Part shown: piece by piece, positions 24,644 through 27,475 of the stretch
How the letters are laid out: each line of letters starts with the position of its first letter
Numbering within the stretch: position 1 is the stretch's first letter
DNA from: an uncultured Deinococcales bacterium
Lineage (GTDB): Bacteria > Deinococcota > Deinococci > Deinococcales > JAAFIG01
NCBI GenBank assembly: GCA_964247135.1
Contig: CAXTTL010000034.1
Location: 1-27,475 of the forward strand
DNA length: 27,475 nt
Direction: 5' to 3'
Notes under the pieces: generated by a model
Database searches by the model: none
The model's input: the letters and a program-made list of their open reading frames with translations, nothing else
What the model was told of the DNA's origin: nothing
Made by a program: the position numbers and the translations under genes

Positions 24644-26017
24644 ATGAATTCAATTCAGGATTTCTCGAGTTTCTCCGATTTAAGAACCCAAATCCTCGAG
24701 CGCATGAAGGCATTTCGAGTGCCTGGGCTGGCACTTGGCATCATTCAAGGCGGGCAATGGTTCGCCGAGGGTTTTGGTGTCACCAGCATCAGTAACCCGC
24801 TTCCAGTCATCACCGACACGACCTTCCAGATTGGTTCGACCAGCAAAACCGTGACCGCCACCGTCATCATGATGCTGGCTGAGCAGGGCAAACTCGAGCT
24901 TGACGAAAAAGTCAAAACCTACCTGCCAAACCTCGAGTTAAAAGATTCAGATGTGGCGGCTCGGGTCACGGTACGGCATTTGCTGAACCACACATCGGGC
25001 TGGGCTGGGGATTTGTTTGTGAACACGGGCGACGGCGACGATGCGCTCGAGGTGTACGTGCACAAAATGCGCGACCTGCCGCAACTCACACCACTGGGCG
25101 AGGTTTGGCATTACAACAACGCGGCGTTCGGTTTGGCGGGGCGCGTGGTCGAGGTTGTGACTGGGAAAACCTTTGAATCCGTGGCAACGGAGCTGGTGCT
25201 CGAACCACTCGAGATGACGCACAGTTCGTACTTTCCGAGCGAGGCGATGCTCGAGCGGTTTGCGGTCGGGCATTTTGTCGATGAACACGATGTGGTGCAG
25301 GTTTCCAAACCTTGGGCGTTGGCGCGGAACACATCGAGCGTGGGGCGGATCAACTCGAGCGTGATCGACCAACTCAAATACGCGCAATTTCACTTGGGTG
25401 ATGGCACGGCAGCAAACGGCAAGAGGTTGCTCTCGAGCGAAGCCATGATCGAAATGCAGACGCCGACCGTGAACGGCGCAAACGGGGCAAAACATGCGGT
25501 CAGTTGGTTCGTGCACGATCTGGCGGGCACAAAATTGGTGCGGCACGGCGGCGCGACCAACGGGCAGATGTCGGAGTTTTACCTTGTGCCAGAACGAAAT
25601 TTTGCCTGGACGATTCTGACCAATTCCGAAAAGGGACGCGCCTTGAACAACGAGATGATTGGTTTTATCCACCATCACATTCTGGGGTTGCAAGAGTCCG
25701 AACCCGAGCATTTGACGCTGAACGCCGCAGCGCTCGAGCCATTTTTGGGTGCGTACCGCGACACCAACTTTGGCACGGTCATCGAATTCAAACTCGAGGG
25801 TGAAAGTTTGATCTTGCACGTGACCCCAGGTGATCGTTCTGGGGTGAGCAGCATTGTCACGCCGCCCCCGCCCGACGCCAAATGCACCTTCATTGCCGGT
25901 GAGCGCGTTTTGGTGCTCGACGGAGACAGCAAAGGCAACAAGCTCGAGTTTTTGCGCGACCCAAGCGGCGAGATACGCTATTTGCGTTCGGGTGGACGGT
26001 TGTATTTTCGGGTTTAA
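24644..26017 (+). CDS. Serine hydrolase, beta-lactamase/AmpC-like family
   Basis: F.IGSTSK (SxxK), LL.HTSG, YNN (YxN) and HGG.T.G motifs plus C-terminal extension; no signal peptide. Confidence 0.9.
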   Translation: MNSIQDFSSFSDLRTQILERMKAFRVPGLALGIIQGGQWFAEGFGVTSISNPLPVITDTTFQIGSTSKTVTATVIMMLAEQGKLELDEKVKTYLPNLELKDSDVAARVTVRHLLNHTSGWAGDLFVNTGDGDDALEVYVHKMRDLPQLTPLGEVWHYNNAAFGLAGRVVEVVTGKTFESVATELVLEPLEMTHSSYFPSEAMLERFAVGHFVDEHDVVQVSKPWALARNTSSVGRINSSVIDQLKYAQFHLGDGTAANGKRLLSSEAMIEMQTPTVNGANGAKHAVSWFVHDLAGTKLVRHGGATNGQMSEFYLVPERNFAWTILTNSEKGRALNNEMIGFIHHHILGLQESEPEHLTLNAAALEPFLGAYRDTNFGTVIEFKLEGESLILHVTPGDRSGVSSIVTPPPPDAKCTFIAGERVLVLDGDSKGNKLEFLRDPSGEIRYLRSGGRLYFRV

Positions 26018-26152
26018 GCCTCAACATCCAAACCTGCGGCGTTTAACGTACTACCAAATATGATGGGTCGTCTGGGTTCACAAAATCATCCTCGCCCAAC
26101 CAGGGCAGTCTCGAGCGCCACGCTCAAGACGGCGACGTATACTCGAAGCCAA

Positions 26153-26713
26153 GTGATGATCAACGATTTGGATTGTAGCGATTTGAGCAACGAGCTTTTG
26201 ATGCTCGAGGTGGCGGCGTGTTCCGAAGCCGCCCTGAAAGAATTGTACAAGCGTTTTTCCAAACAAATTTACAGCCTGGCACGGCGAATGCTGCGCGAGG
26301 AGAGTGCCGCCGAGGATGTCACTCAAGACGTGTTCGTGAAAATCTGGCAAAAAGCCCTGGATTACTCGAGCCTCAAGGGGGCGGTCAGCACTTGGGTCAT
26401 GACCATCGCGCACCACAGCAGCGTCGATGCGATCAGACGCCGCGCCACCCAAGAAACGGTGGTCCTCGAGGACGGTGAACTCGAGCGTTACCCGGTTGAG
26501 CACGATGACGACCGTTTGGAGAAAGTCACGGTGTCTCGGGCTTTAGAGAGCCTCGAGCCTGGCGAGCGCGGTTTGATCGAACTGGCGTATTTTGAAGGTT
26601 TATCGCACTCTCAACTTGCCACGCGCACCGGAATTCCGCTTGGCACGATCAAAACCCGTTTGCGTCTGGGGTTGCAAAAATTAAAAGCCGCGCTTGGAGA
26701 GTGGTCCGAATGA
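26153..26713 (+). CDS. ECF RNA polymerase sigma factor (SigK/RpoE-like); start could be 26060, 26153 or 26156
   Basis: Region 2 (AEDVTQDVFVKIW, W...IAH...D..R) and region 4 (LAYFEGLSHSQLA...GIPLGTIKTRLRLGL.KL); TATACT at 26138-43. Confidence 0.92.
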   Translation: MMINDLDCSDLSNELLMLEVAACSEAALKELYKRFSKQIYSLARRMLREESAAEDVTQDVFVKIWQKALDYSSLKGAVSTWVMTIAHHSSVDAIRRRATQETVVLEDGELERYPVEHDDDRLEKVTVSRALESLEPGERGLIELAYFEGLSHSQLATRTGIPLGTIKTRLRLGLQKLKAALGEWSE

Positions 26714-27475
26714 TAGCCCCGTTGCCCCCAAATGAAGTTTTCCGTCTTGCCGCCTTGGCGCGTTACAACGTGCTCGACACGCCACCCGAAGCCGTGTTCG
26801 ATCAGTTCGCCGGTCTGACCGCCGGACTGCTCAACGTGCCGATTGCGATGGTTGGTCTGATCGACTCCGAACGCCACTGGTTCAAGGCATCGGTCGGTGC
26901 AGATTTTCCGTACAACATGCGCGAGAACTCGTTTTGCCAGTACACGATTCTCGAGGACAAGGTGCTTTGCATTCCCGACACCCAACTCGATGATCGCGTC
27001 AACGATATTTTGCCTGTGACTTTGCTGGGCGTGCGCTTTTACGCTGGCGCACCAATAACGACACCGGACGGTTTCAACATCGGTACGGTCTGCGTGTTCG
27101 ATCATCAACCGCGCAGCCTCGAGCCTTCTGATCTGGAAACCTTGGCGCTGCTGGCAAAACGGGTGATGGAAGCTTTGAACGACCGCCTCGAGCATGGGGT
27201 CAGAACCGATTCTCGGGATGTGATTTTGGCGTCAATACTTGAGTCTTTGGGTTTGGAGTCGCTGCCGTTGTTTGGGCAAGCCATCAGTGAACCTGAAGAA
27301 GTTCTGGAAGATGCCGATGTGATCGCTCGAGTCTCACGAGCCGTAGCGCAAAAAAATCCATCTGCAAGTCTGGAAAATTTAGTTTTTGATCGCATCAAAA
27401 CCCTGCCCGCCAAACCCGCCCTGGCTCGGGTGGTGCATTACGATTCCAAAAGCTTTCTGGCTCACGCCATTGACA
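26710..27475 (+). CDS. GAF-domain protein with downstream anti-sigma-like segment; runs off the right edge
   Basis: Not in the ORF track. ATGA overlap with the sigma stop. Manual translation MIAPLPPNEVFRLAALARYNVLDTPPEAVFD...WFKA..G...SFC..TI...RFYAGAP..TPDG..IGTVCVFD..PR is a classic GAF; the frame stays open to the window end. Confidence 0.85.
   Translation, partial: MIAPLPPNEVFRLAALARYNVLDTPPEAVFDQFAGLTAGLLNVPIAMVGLIDSERHWFKASVGADFPYNMRENSFCQYTILEDKVLCIPDTQLDDRVNDILPVTLLGVRFYAGAPITTPDGFNIGTVCVFDHQPRSLEPSDLETLALLAKRVMEALNDRLEHGVRTDSRDVILASILESLGLESLPLFGQAISEPEEVLEDADVIARVSRAVAQKNPSASLENLVFDRIKTLPAKPALARVVHYDSKSFLAHAID

Larger units (their letters stand above)
5..27331. repeat. Dispersed highly iterated palindrome CTCGAG (about 190 copies)
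   Basis: Manual count about 193, roughly 7 per kb, against about 7-8 expected in the whole window at 50-55% GC. Confidence 0.95.

Noticed and set aside
24947-25819. Long antisense ORFs (290 aa here; also 12120-12905, 6273-6932, 18214-18840, 26611-27195)
   Set aside because: They are shadows of well-supported genes on the opposite strand, with no recognisable motifs.
24644-26017. Antibiotic-resistance beta-lactamase
   Set aside because: There is no signal peptide; the family contains mostly esterases and peptidases, so resistance is unsupported.
26020-26029. CTCAACATCC shared with the hairpin arm at 4872-4881
   Set aside because: It is a single 10-mer match with no partner arm, compatible with chance.
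1-27475. CTCGAG repeats as a CRISPR or tandem array, or as a cloning artefact
   Set aside because: Spacing is irregular, the unit is only 6 bp, and ORFs read intact through the sites in all frames.

Overview
Chromosomal window from a bacterium most likely in Deinococcota. The evidence is a Deinococcus-type zinc-free L31, a Thermus/Deinococcus-like monofunctional proline dehydrogenase locus and many apparently leaderless genes. Left to right it holds: a proline-utilisation operon (GntR, PRODH, P5CDH) with a type II toxin-antitoxin pair embedded in it; trhO, a DinB protein, a secreted hypothetical and a tandem GNAT; a BaeRS-like two-component pair whose kinase has an extra C-terminal membrane domain; ndk, two membrane proteins and rpmE; two convergent LacI-regulated sugar ABC loci (AglEFG-like, and a fructan/sucrose locus with two GH32 enzymes) with readable operators; two hypotheticals, a serine hydrolase, and an ECF sigma factor coupled to a truncated GAF + anti-sigma-like protein. 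The most striking signal is DNA-level. The palindrome CTCGAG occurs about 190 times by my manual count, versus about 7-8 expected. It appears in all three reading frames and in intergenic DNA, where pairs of it build hairpins, resembling a HIP1- or uptake-sequence-like system. No rRNA, tRNA, CRISPR or transposase was seen. All family assignments come from motif recognition by eye, not database searches.
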